Notes: generated from the letters alone by a model not told the origin. Positions 43,943 through 60,330 are shown, counted from the stretch's first letter. The stretch: DNA of 64,000 nt from Octopus vulgaris (GCA_951406725.2 OX597824.1:90954001-91018000); one strand, 5' to 3'. Numbers and translations are program-made.

Positions 43943-44516
43943 TATTGGGTTGTCCGGAAAGTTCATGCCAATTTATAGTAGCTTACCTTTCGACTTATTT
44001 TAGAACATGGTTGAGTCCATAAAATAGGATTTGACTACACCTCCATTTAGAGCACAGTTTAAGCTATCTTTTCGTGGAAGAAGATTTATTTTCCTATGAC
44101 CTGTGTTAATTCTGTAACCTTTTAAAATGGAAGATAAGAATGTTCATTTTCGGCACTTGATGCTTTGGGAACCAGACAAAAATTGCTGCAGCTTGGCTGG
44201 GATGTGTTACCTCCACCCTCCATATTCACCAGTTATTGCTCCTTCAGATTTCCACTTATTCAGGTCTCTGCAGAATAGTCTTAATGGTAAAAATTTCAAT
44301 TCCTTGGATGACACGTAAAAAGATACCTTGATGAATTCTTTGCCATGAAACCACCTCAATTCTGGGAAGAGGGTATTTTTGAGTTAAAGGAGAGATGGAG
44401 ACGCATTGTGCAACAAAATGGTTCATATTTGGTTGATTAAAGATGTAATGGCAAGTATTTATTGACCTTTTTCTTTCTTTTTAAAAATTGGCACAAACTT
44501 TCCGGACAATCCAATA
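43943..44516 (+). mobile_element. Internally deleted mariner with both TIRs
   Basis: TATTGGGTTGTCCGGAAAGTT / AACTTTCCGGACAATCCAATA; MEDKNVHFRHLML fused to HPPYSPVIAPSDFHLFRSLQN. Confidence 0.9.
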
Positions 44517-44599
44517 GTTTTACCTCCTTCACGCTCCACTCTTCAAAATGAATTATTTTACCATTCTCAAAGTTTATAGAGTCTTATGATGAAAACCTT

Positions 44600-45568
44600 G
44601 GTCCTCAACCAGGGGTCATTCTTTATCTATGAACCCCTTTAATCACTATTTTATTCTGGTGAACCTGTTTGGCTATAAGAATATGGATGATGGGGTCCTT
44701 GCAACAAAATACTAATGTGGGAATCCACAATTGTATTTTAGGGGCCCCTGAAAATATTTTGTTTTAGACATGTGTTTTGGTAAATATTGCAAGAAACAGC
44801 GTCGTATCTTTCTTGAATGTTTGACATAGTTCAACCCACACACTTTAATGTGGGGGCAAACAAAATAGGGGGCTAATGCACTTTTGCACCTTTCCTTGAA
44901 AAATACATTTAAAAAAATTTTTTTTTCAGTTTCCTGTTTTAGATGTCGGAAATTACAAATATGCAAAAACAAAAAATAAATTGTTTACCCTCTCCCCCAC
45001 CCCATCACCTTTAAGATTTTGAACTTCTCCAAAAATTTTTTTTCCCTGTGTTTTAGATGATGGAGATTCTGAATATGCAAAAAATCCACATTTTCAAAAT
45101 TTTAAATTCAATAAGCATATAGATAGGTGTATAATGAGATAGATATGAATGTTTTCCTGGTGCTAAGAACAACAGTTTTCTATAGGACTGCCACATTTAG
45201 CTGACAAATCTATCTTATGAATAAACAGACAGGGATAAATAGATAGACAGACAAATAAATAAATGGATGAAAATGTTCAAAATTTAAACTGGTGGGGGAA
45301 GAGTTTGGAGTCGGGGTTGAAATTAAAATTTTTTTTCTTTTTGCATATTCGTAATCTCCAACATCAAAAACGTAGGAATCCAAAGAAATTTTTTTCCAAA
45401 AAAATACATTTTTCAAGGGGTGGTGTGAAACTGCCTTAGACCCAAAAACAGGAATTTTCACAGAAGTTTCTATAAAACTAGTTTTGAAACATCAAGTAGC
45501 CAAAAGGGTTCACCAGAATAAAATAGTGATTAAGGGGGTTGATAGATAAAGAATGGTTGAGACCCCCT
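44600..45568. mobile_element. hAT-like MITE with a nested long-inverted-repeat element
   Basis: Outer inverted repeat 44600-44675/45496-45568; inner degenerate inverted repeat about 44868-45025/45272-45443. Confidence 0.65.
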
Positions 45569-45610
45569 AATGCAAACAATACATCGATATTTTTTTTTTC
45601 CTTTTTCTAG

Positions 45611-45748
45611 AATTTGGCAAATGAGTAACTTTGAAATATTATCCAAGACAACATTGGAACACAAGATTCGTTCCTGCGCTTTTCGCCACGATGGTTCAGA
45701 AATTGCTGTTGGTTATGACGACGGTTCATTTGCTGTACTGAAAACCAG
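45611..45748 (+). CDS. EML6: EML6-like exon 7
   Basis: ctag|A; IWQMS...RSCAFRHDGSEIAVGYDDGSFAVLKT; donor GTGATG. Confidence 0.93.
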
Positions 45749-47370
45749 GTGATGAAACATTTTACCTGTTTTCCTGTCTCTCTCTCTGTCTCTTTTTTTT
45801 TTTTTTGGTATAGCTTTTATTTCTAGATTCAGTAAAAAAAAAAAAATGCGTTACTATAAAATAGGAAACGTGTACAAACAAAACCGATGCTGGTGTGTTT
45901 ACGTCCCTGTATCTTTGCAGTTGAGCAAAAGAGACCGATAAGATAAGTACTAGGCTTACAAATAATAAGTCCTGGGGTCGATTTGCGTGACTAAAGGCGG
46001 TGCTCCAGCATGGCTGCAGTCAAATGACGGAAACAAGTAAAAGAGTAAAAGAGTATATATATATATATACATATACATATGTAATTAATAATAATTATAC
46101 ATATACATATATACATACACATATGTGTGTGTATAGATACACACACACACACACGTAATATCCACACTCTATGGTTGAATAGAAAGTGTAATGAAATAAG
46201 TCAAAGGAAAAAAAATTTTGGTAAAGGAAAAAATCCCGCTGAGGACGAAGTTATTTGACCGAAGGGAAATAACTCTTTACATTACAGACAAAATAAAGAC
46301 CTTTTGAGTTATGGTTCTTCGCGTGTCACGATTTCTCCTTTTTTATAAATTATTCTATCCCAACCTATACACCCCTCCTCTCTCTCTCTCTCTCTCTCTC
46401 TCTCCCACACACACACATGTTCACGCATCCACGGCTTTCATCTCGTTCTCCTTTTATTTCTTCCTCTCTCTTCTCAATAAACATTCAGCCACAGCAAATG
46501 CTTCGTTGAGATGTATCGTGGATACACCCCGACTACGTGGCTTTTTTATGTGGTCCCTCATCCCGCCAGAAATAACAACCAAATCTCCTCCAAATATCTA
46601 TTTCTTTATTACCCACAAGGGGCTAAACATAGATGGGACAAACAAGGACAGACATAGGTATTAAGTCGATTACATTGACTCCAGTGCATAACTGGTACTT
46701 AATTTATCGACACCGAAAGGATGAAAGGCAAAGTCGATATTTCACTCTAACGTTTCGATTTTATATTCTGCCTTTTCCTTATACTTGATTCAATCATTGG
46801 ACTACGGCCATGCTGGGGCACCACCTTGAAGGGTTTTCTCTTTTAATATTGAGGGAGGTGGTGACTTTACATTTGATCACAAGAAGTTAAAATAAGAGAG
46901 ACAGAAACACAAGTGTCATAATGTAGAGGGTACTGTAGTGGTTACCCCTGTTGAAAAAAAGAGGGGTTTTGACCCTTAACTTAGAGGAAGGTGAATATAA
47001 ACGGCACAGAGGATTGGATGGGGTAAATGGATAGAGAGATGGTTATCCGTGTTGGAAAAGAAAGAGGAGAGCAATGAAGATGTTACAGGAAGATGAATAT
47101 AAGGGGAGGGGCATGGTTGGGTTTTGTGTGTAATTATCAATTGGACTGACTGACTGACTTTATCAATGTCGGTCCGGCATGCGGTCACTGAGTCAATGTC
47201 TTGTTGTTGTTATTCTTAATCTAAGGGGTCTTAAATTTAATCTCTTATCTGAGTGGGGCGAAGTAGGAAAAAACTGAATTTAATAAAGAGAGAAAATCCA
47301 TTTTTATCTCTTGATGGACAGCTGTCATGTAAGAATTATTGCACACATAAACACACACATAAACGTATAG

Positions 47371-47410
<40 letters not shown>

Positions 47411-48507
47411 GCCTAAAAATACTTGATTAAGGAACTTGTAAAACATGTTTATAGAATTTTGGTGATTACTGATTAGAGATATATCAAGGGCAATGTTAAA
47501 ATGGGGTCAGACAGCTACAGACATTCTAATGGTTACTTCTTGTAGGGTGGTTGTTGTTGTTGTTATGGTGGTGGTGGTGGGTGGTTGCATCAAGGAATCT
47601 TTATATTTAGAATATTGTTTATTCTGGAATACAAAGGGTCTTAAACGTTTAATCTGTGATCCTGGTGGGACAGATTAAATGTCAACGCAGGGACAACGGA
47701 ATTTAAATGAAACTAGAAAATCCATCTTTGTCTTGATGGACACCTGTCATAATTATTGCACACACATTCAGGTCTATACATTGATACATAGACAGATGTG
47801 CATGCTCACACACACACACACACACTCACACACACACACACATACATGCCTCTGCACTTCTGCACACAGAGTCACATGCAGACATATGCTATTGTCATAA
47901 CTGTTGCACACAGATGTATACAGCTGGCATTACCATTGTACACATATACACATATATAGACAGGCATATATACAGCTACATGCATTCACACACATGCACA
48001 CACATACACGCAAATACTCCAATACACACATACCGATATTTACACAGATACAATGTATACACTTATACGGCCCCTGTGCCTGTGGCATGTAAAAAGCACC
48101 CACTACACTCACCAAGTGGTTGGCGTTATGAAGGGCATCCAGCTGTAGAAACACTGCCAGATCAGACTGGAGCCTAGTGCAGCCTCCTGGCTTCCCAGAC
48201 CCCGGTCAAACCATCCAACCCATGCCTGCATCGAAAACGAATGTTAAATGATGATGATGATTATGACGATACATGTATGCAAACACAAGTACATAGATTC
48301 ATACATGGACACACAGACACACACATGCATAAGTACACATACATATCTGCATGCATACATTCAAACACATGTAGTATTTGTGTATATATGTGTATATATA
48401 TGCATGGCTCCAACTACAGACAGTCTTGATCCTTACCAGAAAGGGACAATATTAACCGCTACCAATGATACTCAATGCTGTCCCCTACCTAAAAGGAACA
48501 CTGTTGA

Positions 48508-49057
<550 letters not shown>

Positions 49058-49460
49058 CATGGTAGTGATGATGGTAATGATGAAGATGATAACGATATTG
49101 GTGTTGATGATGATGATGATGTTGATGCTGATGATGATGATGAGGATGATGATGATGAGGAGGATGATGATGATGATGACGACGACGACGACGACGACGA
49201 TGATGATGATGAGGATGATGATGATGATAATGATAGAGTTGTGGTTGTTGTTGCAGGTGTTTTTGTTGTTGATGTTGATGATGATAATGATGATGTTATT
49301 GATAATGTTGAAGATAATGATGATGTTGATGCTGCTGATGATGGAGGTGTTGATGATGACAGCATTGTTGATGATGATAAATATGATGATGACAATATAA
49401 ATGATGATGATGATGTTAATACAATGATGTTATTGATTATGTTTTCTTTGATGTTTTCAG

Positions 49461-49673
49461 GTGGTAAACTGGCAATGAACCGTGAAGAAGTGGCCAGCAT
49501 CCAGTGGGCCACATTTACTGGTGTTCTAGGAGATGAGGTCAGTGGAATTTGGGAGAAGTATTCAGCCACAAATGACATCAATGCCACGGATGCCAACTTA
49601 GAAGGTCAACTGCTGGTCACTGGTGACGATTTTGGCCTCGTGAAACTCTTTCGCTACCCATGCTTCCGGAAAG
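49461..49673 (+). CDS. EML6: EML6-like exon 9
   Basis: ttcag|GT; WATFTGVLGDEVSGIW...TGDDFGLVKLFRYPC; donor GTAACA. Confidence 0.95.
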
Positions 49674-50258
49674 GTAACACCTACACACTTTCTTGCTCTA
49701 AGAGTAGCACATTAACCCCTTCATGCCAATCATCAACATCTTCATCATCGTTGTTTAATGTCTGTTTCCCATGTTGGCATGGGTTGGACAGTTTGACTGA
49801 GGACAGGCAAGCCAGAAGCTGCACCAGGCTCAATCTGATCTGCCAAAGTTTCTACAGCTGGATGCCCTTCCTAACACCAACCATACACGAAATTGCACTG
49901 AATGGACAATGATAAAGCTCACTGTAGCAGCATGTTTTAAAATCATCATCATCATCATTTAATGTCCATTGTCCATACTGGCATGGATTGGATGGTTTGT
50001 CCAGGGCTGGTAAGCTGAGGGGCTGCATCAGATTGCCGTCTGATCTGACATGGTTTCTATGGCTGGATGCCCTTCCTAATGCCAACCACTCTGACAGTGA
50101 AATGGGTGTGTTTACATGCCACCAGCACGAGAGCTAGTCCAGTGGTTCTGGCAATGACCAGGCTCAAAAGGTGTTTTTTATGTGCTACTTGCACGGGAGC
50201 CAGTCAGGCGGCACTGGCAACGGCCACACTTGAATGGTGTTTTTTTATGTATATCATA

Positions 50259-50565
50259 CTAGAAGTATCGCCTGGCGTTGCTCGGATTTGTAAGGGAAAT
50301 AACTATATAAGCATTTTTAGAGAGTTACTTCCCTTATATAACACGAGCAAAAATCATTAAAAATGCGGAAAAATGATGGTAAATTTTTTTTTAAATCGTA
50401 GACTCATTGTAGACGTGCGCTAATACCCAGAAGGGCTCGATATGAATGACGACTATAAGATATCTGCTTTTGGTTAAACTGCACTGCAAAATGTGGGAGT
50501 AGTTAGGAATCTAAATCGGAGGAGACAGAGTCTCACACACACAACTTCAATTTTATATATAAAGA
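50259..50565 (-). mobile_element. Non-autonomous Helitron, same family
   Basis: Same TC/CTAG termini in an A|T site; lacks the internal duplication of the 24447 copy. Confidence 0.8.
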
Positions 50566-50596
50566 TATGTACATCACTGTTTAATACCCTAACTAA

Positions 50597-50797
<201 letters not shown>

Positions 50798-51768
50798 TAA
50801 GAACGTTGGAGAAATCTCTTACCATTGGTTGTTGCTGTTGTTGTTGTTGTTGTTGTATTTTATTTTGTCCCTTAACAACTGAACATACATACACACACAC
50901 AGACACACACACAGACACTTGCACACACAGACACTCACACACACAGACACACGCACACGCAGACACTCACACATAGACACACACACAGACACAGACACTC
51001 ACACACACAGACACTCACACACACAGACACTCCCACATGCAGACACCCCCACACACAGACACTCCCACACACAGACACTCACACTCACAGACACTCACAC
51101 TCACAGACACAGACACTCACACACATAGACACACACACACTCACACACACAGACACTCACACACACAGACACTCACACACACAGACACTCCCACATGCAG
51201 ACACCCCCACACACAGATACCCCCACTCACAGACACTCACACACACATGCACACACACCACACTCACACAGACACTCACACACACACCGCAAATGCAAAT
51301 AACAAATCATTATCTTATATATTTAACTTGTTTCAGTCATTGGACTGTGGCCATGCTGGAGTACTGCCTCAAACAGTTTAGTCGAACCACTTGTACCAGG
51401 TGCAGATATCACATATATAGATAAATTGATAGAGATATACACACACACACATTCACGCACACACAATCATACACACACACAAATCATACACAGACACAAT
51501 CACACACACACACACAATCATACACACACACAATCACACACACACACAATCACACACACACAATCATACACACGCATACAGTCATACACACACACACAAT
51601 CACAAACAATCACACTCAATCATAAACACACACACACACAATCACACACAATCATAAACACACACACACACAATCATACACATACACATATGTACACACA
51701 CACACACACACCAAGTCCACATCCTAATATTTTGGTCCTTTTTCTTTACTTTTTGGCGTTGCTTACAG

Positions 51769-51976
51769 AATCCAATAGTGAGGACAGTGATTCTGAATTG
51801 TCCGATGTGGCTGCCCTAGATTCTGACCTCGAGGCAGAGAAACAGGTCACTTACACCCGGAAGGTTTACCAGGAAGACCTCACCACTCTGCGTCGGATGT
51901 CACGGAACGAACTGAAAACTGTGGACAAGAGACAGAACGGGCCAGATCGAGGACTCAAGCTGGAATATGTCCATGG
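51769..51976 (+). CDS. EML6: EML6-like exon 11 (acidic linker to second HELP motif)
   Basis: acag|AA; ESNSEDSDSELSDVAALDSDLE...LKLEYVHG; donor GTCAGT. Confidence 0.9.
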
Positions 51977-52146
51977 GTCAGTATTGCAGTCGTCTGATTG
52001 GCTGGTTGCATCGTTGAGGGCGGGAGGAGGGGTTTCTGCTAAATACATATCTGTCTGTTTGTCTATGTATATTTGTCTGTCTGTTTGTCTGTCTATCTTG
52101 TCTCTTTATTTGTCTCCTTATTTCTTTATTGCCCACAAGGGGCTAA

Positions 52147-53400
<1,254 letters not shown>

Positions 53401-53512
53401 TAATCTTGAAAATAAATGACACTGCTTGTATGATGGTGACACTCATTTACAACTATTACGTGATATCAAGACAAGGAGATGCACATACACACACACATAT
53501 AGATATATGGGG

Positions 53513-53610
<98 letters not shown>

Positions 53611-54147
53611 CACATATATATATATAAAAGGCACCACATTCAAGTGTGATCATTACCAACATCGCCTTACTGGCACCTGTGCCAGTGACATGTGTAAAAA
53701 GATTCGAGCGAGATCATTGCCAGTACTGCCTGACTGGCCCTCTTACCGGTGACACGTAAAAGCACCTGCTACACTCTTGGAGTGGTTAGCGTTAGGAAGG
53801 GCATCCAGCTGTAGAAACTCTGCCAGATCAAGATTGGAGCTTGGTGCAGCCATCTGGTTTACCAGCCCTCAGTCAAAATCGTCCAACCCATGCCAGCATG
53901 GAAAGCGGACGTTAAACGATGATGATGATGATGATACACACACACACACACACAATGGGATTCTTACAACTTTAATCCTTCAAATCTTCTTACAAGGTTT
54001 GTTCAGTGCCCAGGGCTATAATAGAAGATACTTGGTATGCAATGGAACTGAACCTGAAACCTTGTTGTCAAGAAACAAACTTCTTAACCATGCAGCTATG
54101 CACCTGCACCTATTTTCACACCTGCGCCCAATCTAGGCCTTCATTGA

Positions 54148-54315
<168 letters not shown>

Positions 54316-54373
54316 TAAAAATTTATTTTTGTTTTTAAAATTTTTTTTGTTTTTAAAATTTTTTTTGTTTTAA

Positions 54374-54562
<189 letters not shown>

Positions 54563-55555
54563 TAAGCTTTTAGTCCTTTTGTGTCTGTAATCTTGATGAC
54601 TTCGTTAGCAGTATGTTGTAATTAATTCTGAATGTAATTAAGACTTGGTCTGGGCACATGTGCTGTTTTCTGTAGAAACCCAAGACATGTAATGTATGCC
54701 TCAAATATGTAAATTAATGCAAATTAGAAATCAGGTGAGCTACAACAGGAAAGGGGCTGAGTTCCTTATGAGGGTTGGACCTCACAGGGGCAAAGTGGCT
54801 GAGCTCCTTTCAAGCAGTGGGCCTGATGGGGGCAAAGCAGCCGAGTTCCTTTTATTCTTTTACTTGTTTCAGTCATTTGACTGTGGCCATACTGGAGCAC
54901 CACTTTTAGTCGAGCAAATCGACTCCAAGACTTATTCTTTGTAAGCCTAGTACTTATTCTGTCGGCCTCCTTTGCCGAACTGCTAAGTTACAGGGATGTA
55001 AACACACCAGCATCAGTTGTCAAGTGCTGTTAGGGGGACAAACACATACACACACACACACATATATACATATGTACGACAGGCTTCTTTCAGTTTCCAT
55101 CTACCAGTTCCACTCATGAGGCTTTGGTTGGCACGAGGCCAAAGTGCCATGCAATGGAACTGAACCCAGAACCATGTGTTTGGTAAGCAAGCTACTTACC
55201 ACACAGCCACTTGTGCCTGGTGCACCACCCTGGTAGATCAAAGCCTTCAATGTTAGGGTAACTTTCTTACCCTAACTGATGTTAAGGATGGTGTGGAGGC
55301 AGCACTGATGGTAGCAGTCAAGAATTCACAGGTGATAAAAAGAAGTGACTCTCACCTCAGAGATATTGGCAAGGATTCAGTACAGTAGCTTCTGTACATG
55401 CAGACCTTTATATTTTTTCCCTCGGATGTTTGCTCTACCAGACTCTTTAATACCATTTTCCCAATATTTATTTTATGTTTAACAGTCTGTTACCAACCTC
55501 TGTGCTGGTGTCATTATCTAATTCTGTAATTAAAAAATTTTTTAATTATTTTCAG

Positions 55556-55656
55556 AGGATACAAGGACAAGGTATTTGTCATTAAGTGGAACCCTTTTGA
55601 TGACAACCAGCTGGTTAGTGTAGGGGTGAAACACATCAAGTTCTGGACACAAACAG
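55556..55656 (+). CDS. EML6: EML6-like exon 15
   Basis: ttcag|A; GYKDKVFVIKWNPFDDNQLVSVGVKHIKFWTQT; donor GTAAAA. Confidence 0.93.
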
Positions 55657-56071
55657 GTAAAAAAAAGGGTTTTGCCATTAGCTTTGATGTCTTACACACC
55701 TGCACAAGGATGGATGGAGCATCACTTCAGATGTTTCTACTACAGATTATCATGTTGTTATTGTTGTTGTTGTTGTTGTTGTTGCTTTTGCTTGTTTCAG
55801 TCGTTAGGCTCTGGCCATGCTGGGGCACCGCCTTGAAGACCCTTTAGATGAATGAATCAACCTAAGTACTTGTATAATTTTTTTTAAAGCCTGGTACTTA
55901 TTCTATCAATCTCTTTTACTGAACAGCTAAGTTACAGGGATGTAAACACACCAACACCGGTTGTCATGTGGTGGTGTGGTGGTGGTGGAGACAAACACAG
56001 ATACAAAGACACACACACATAGACATACATACATATCTTTCTATCTATCTGTCTGTTATTCTCTCTCAATT

Positions 56072-56132
<61 letters not shown>

Positions 56133-56546
56133 TCATTGCTTCACAACCGATGCTGGTGTGTTTACATCCCCGTAACCTAGCGGTTTGGCAAAAGAGACCA
56201 ATAGAATAAGTACTAGGCTTACAAAGAATAAGTCCTGGGGTCGATTTGCTCGACTAAAGGCAGTGCTCCAGCATGGCCACACTGAAATGACTGAAACAAG
56301 TAAAAGAGTAAAAGAGTGTATGATCACAGGGAGATTTGACTGTGGTTTCTTGCATATCTAGTGACCACATAGAGAACTCCTTCACTGCCTTGTTGTTGGC
56401 AGTGGACAAAAACAGTGTCGGACAGCAAGATAGAAATGACCAGGCATGGAATAGGCGTAATACGATAAAGTACCATCTTCCAAACCTGAAAATGAAGAAT
56501 TTTCCCCAATTACATGGACCCTTTTTTTCTGTTTCAATTGTTCCAG

Positions 56547-56749
56547 GTGGAGGGTTTACATCTCACCGTGGTGTATTTGGTAAAGACTCCAAGATCTGTG
56601 ACATGCTTTGTATCAGCTTTGGTAAATCTGTGGAATGCTGTTTTTCTGGAGGCAGTGATGGGAATGTGTTTGCTTGGTTTGGTAACTCAATCCAAAGAAC
56701 CGTCAAAGCTCATGAAGGACCTTGTTTTGCCATGCACTCTTTGGAAAAG
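56547..56749 (+). CDS. EML6: EML6-like exon 16
   Basis: ccag|GT; GGFTSHRGVFG...VKAHEGPCFAMHSLEK; donor GTAACG. Confidence 0.94.
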
Positions 56750-57368
56750 GTAACGACTCAAGAATTTTTCCTTGTAAATGATCATGTAAATTTTCAGTGT
56801 GTGTGTGTACTTTCTTGTGTGTGGCAATGTAATATGAAAGGCGGCGAGCTGGCAGAATCGTTAGCACACCGGGCAAAATGCCTAGTGGTATTTCATCTGT
56901 GAGGTGGCGAGCTGGCAGAAACGGTAGTGCACCAGGTGAAATGCTTAGTGGTATTTCATCTGCCGTTACGTTCTGAGTTCAAATTCCACCAAGGTCGACT
57001 TTGCCTTTCATCCTTTCGGGGTCGATTAAATAAGTACCAGTTACACACTGGGGTCCATATAATCGACTTAATCCCTTTGTCTGTCCTTGTTTGTCCCCTC
57101 TGTGTTTAGCCCCTTGTGGGTAATAAAGAAATAAATGTATATGTATATGTGTATGTATATATATATATTTTTTTTTGTTTTCTTATATATATATATACAC
57201 ACATATATATACATATAATGGAGAAATTAAGCAAAATGTATAAATTGGTGATGAGTAAAGCACCAGCACAGTTTTGATTACATGTTGTTATCTGTAGATT
57301 ATTTACTGCGGGGACTTCGTAGTGGTTGGGGTAAAAGTATTAATAAAATAAGAGATGGAATGTGTAAT

Positions 57369-57437
57369 AGACTTTATTGGGTACAACACATGTTTCGACC
57401 CGTTCTAGGTCTCTTCAGGTACATCAATAATAAGTCT
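57369..57437 (-). ncRNA. Minimal type-I hammerhead ribozyme
   Basis: Minus strand: GUAC CUGAAGA GACC-uagaacg-GGUC GAAA C-augu-G UU GUAC. Stem I extends through UAUUG/CAAUA and AGACUU/AAGUCU. Confidence 0.8.
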
Positions 57438-57818
57438 CACTAGAGATTTCTTGAGTCAGCTTCCATAACGCTATATGTCCATCAAATTTGAGAATGAGTA
57501 AAATATATATGTCCCCCCACCATTGGTTGACAACCGATGTTTATGTCCCCGTAACTTAGCGGTTCGGTAAAAGAGACCAATAGAATAAATACTAGGCTTA
57601 CAAAGAATAAGTTGCAAGGTCGAGTTGTTCAACTAAATCGGTGCTCCAGCATGGCCTCAGTCAAATGACCGAAACAAATAAAAGAATGAAAGAGCAACTC
57701 ATGCAAACATGGAAAAAAAAACAGATGTAAAAACAAACAAAAAAAGCCGATGCTGTGGCCAGAAATTGAAACCCTGATACTTAGGTATCCTTCCTCTTCC
57801 TTCTTCGTCTTTTTTCAG

Positions 57819-58058
57819 GGCTTCGTCACAGGTGGGAAAGATGGTAACGTGTCCTTATGGGACAGCGAATTCCTCCAGTGTCTTCGGACGTATTCCATAA
57901 AACGGTCGTCGTTCACAAAAGGCATGCATGGTGTGCTGGTCGAAGACTTCCCGGCTGTCCGAGCGGTCATTCTCGGACATGGTAAGATCCTGGTCGGGAC
58001 AAAGAACGGAGAAGTGCTGGAAATAGAAAAAGACGGTCCAATGACAATTCTAACACAG
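57819..58058 (+). CDS. EML6: EML6-like exon 17
   Basis: ttcag|GGC; GFVTGGKDGNVSLWD...ILVGTKNGEVLEIEKDGPMTILTQ; donor GTGGGT. Confidence 0.94.
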
Positions 58059-59331
58059 GTGGGTCACAACATTTCTTTCCATTTTCTTTTCATGTTCTTA
58101 TTGTTTTTGTAGTTCTTATGATGTAGTAGTAGCAGTAGTAGTGGCGGTGGTGGTGGTGGTGGTAGTAGAAGTAGTATAGTAGTAGTGGTGGTGGTGGTGG
58201 TGGTGGTGGTAGTAGTATAGTAGTAGTGGTGTTGGTAGTGGTGGTGCTGGTGGTGGTGGTAGTAGTAGTAGTAGTGGTGATGGTGGTGGTGGTAGTGGTG
58301 ATTGCAGTGGTGATGATGATGGTGGTGGTGGTAGCGGCGACAACAGTGATTGCGGTGGTGATGGTGGTGGTGGTGGTGGTGATGGTTGTGATGGCAGTAG
58401 CAATGGTGCAGTGGTGGTGGTGGTGGTGGTGGTGATGGTAGTGGTGATGGTGGTGGTTGTGATGGTGGTGGTGACAATGGTGATGGTGATGGAGGCAGTG
58501 GTGATGGCGGCAGCAGTGGCGTGGTGGTAGTAGTAATAGTAGCAGTGGTACAAAATCTAGTAGTATTGTTTAACACCAGTTCTTAGTAAGGCAGTGAGCT
58601 TGCAGAATTGTCAGCGCGTCAAACAAAATGCTTGACAGTAAGTTCATCCGCCTTTACATTCTTAGTTCAAATTCTGCCAAAGCTGACCCTGTCTTTCGAC
58701 CTTTTGGTGGGGGTCATCATCATTATCATCATCATCATCATCGTTTAACGTCCGTTTTCCGCGCTAGCACGGGTTGGACGGTTTGACCGGGGTCTGGGAA
58801 GCCAGGGGCTGCTCCAGGCTCCAGTCTGATTTGGCAGAGTTTCTACGGCTGGATTCCCTTCCTAATGCCAACCACTCCGCAAGTGTAGTGGGTGCTTTTT
58901 ACATGCCACCTGCACAGGTGCCAAGGGGGGTCCGGCATCGGCCACGATCGGTTGGAGCTTTTAACATGCCAGCGGTGCTGGCAACGTTCGGATGGTGCTT
59001 TTTATGTGCCACCGGCACAGAAGCCAGTTGGAGCGGCGCTGGCCAATAAAATAAATACCAGTCAAGCCCTGGGGTTCGATGTAATCAAGTAGCCCCATCC
59101 CACCCCACAAAATTGCTGGCATTGTGCCAAAAATTTGAAATTTGGTGGGATTAGTTCTAACACAAAAAGTAGTAGTAGTAGTAGTAGTAGCAACAGGAGC
59201 AGCAGTTGTAAAATATCTAGTAGTATTTGTTCTAGTATGAAAAGTAGTAGTGGTGGTAGTGGTGGTGGTGGTGGTGGAAGTAGTAGTAGCAGTAGTAGTA
59301 GTGGTAGTAGTAATAGTAGTAGTAGTAGTAA

Positions 59332-59373
<42 letters not shown>

Positions 59374-59491
59374 AGGCTAACACTGTTTTTCTTTGTCTTT
59401 TTCTCTCTCTCTCTGCCTTTCTTTATCTCTCTCTTTCCCTCACTTTGTCTCCTTCTCTCTCTCTCTCTCCCCCTCTCTTTCTCTCTTTTAA

Positions 59492-59719
<228 letters not shown>

Positions 59720-59899
59720 TGAACTTTGACCTTATACTTTCAAAAATCTCTTTGCACTTGGGGTGGGGGAGTCATGTCTGGATGCTGTTATGGGGCAAAG
59801 AGCTGCATCTTTGTGTGTGTATATTTGTGAACTACCATTGCCTTTTGTTCCACCCCACAATATATATATATACAGGGTGTGATGGGTAAATTGTTGTCC

Positions 59900-60330
59900 A
59901 TCCTAATCTTATTCTCACAGTTATGCTCTCAGAGCATCCACCTCCACTACTAACTTGGTCACCTTGATAACGGAAGCTATCTACTACCTCTAGCTTGCTC
60001 CCCTGGCAGTTGATGGAGTCTGTGCATTTTCAGTGTCTATTATACCTGTGCACCTTACACATACAAAAGCTAGTTTCCCTGTTAACCTTCCTCTGATGTT
60101 GCTACACCTTTTGTGTGACCAGGTGCATCATATGGAGTTTCTACCTACACCTTTTTTGGAAATCGAGCAGGGCCATCAACCTGAGGGAATTTGTGCTTTA
60201 TCTGCCTTCCTACTTACTATGACTTTGGTTTTTGCTAGGTTAACTCTAGCTTCCATACCTGGAACTTCTTCCCTAGTTCAGGTAGTGATTCAGGAATTTC
60301 TTCTTTAGTTCAGGTGACTACAAATTGAAT
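59900..60330 (-). pseudogene. RTE-clade LINE fragment
   Basis: Minus strand RVNLAKTKVIV...WPCSI.KKGVGRNSI.C...HKRCS. Confidence 0.6.
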
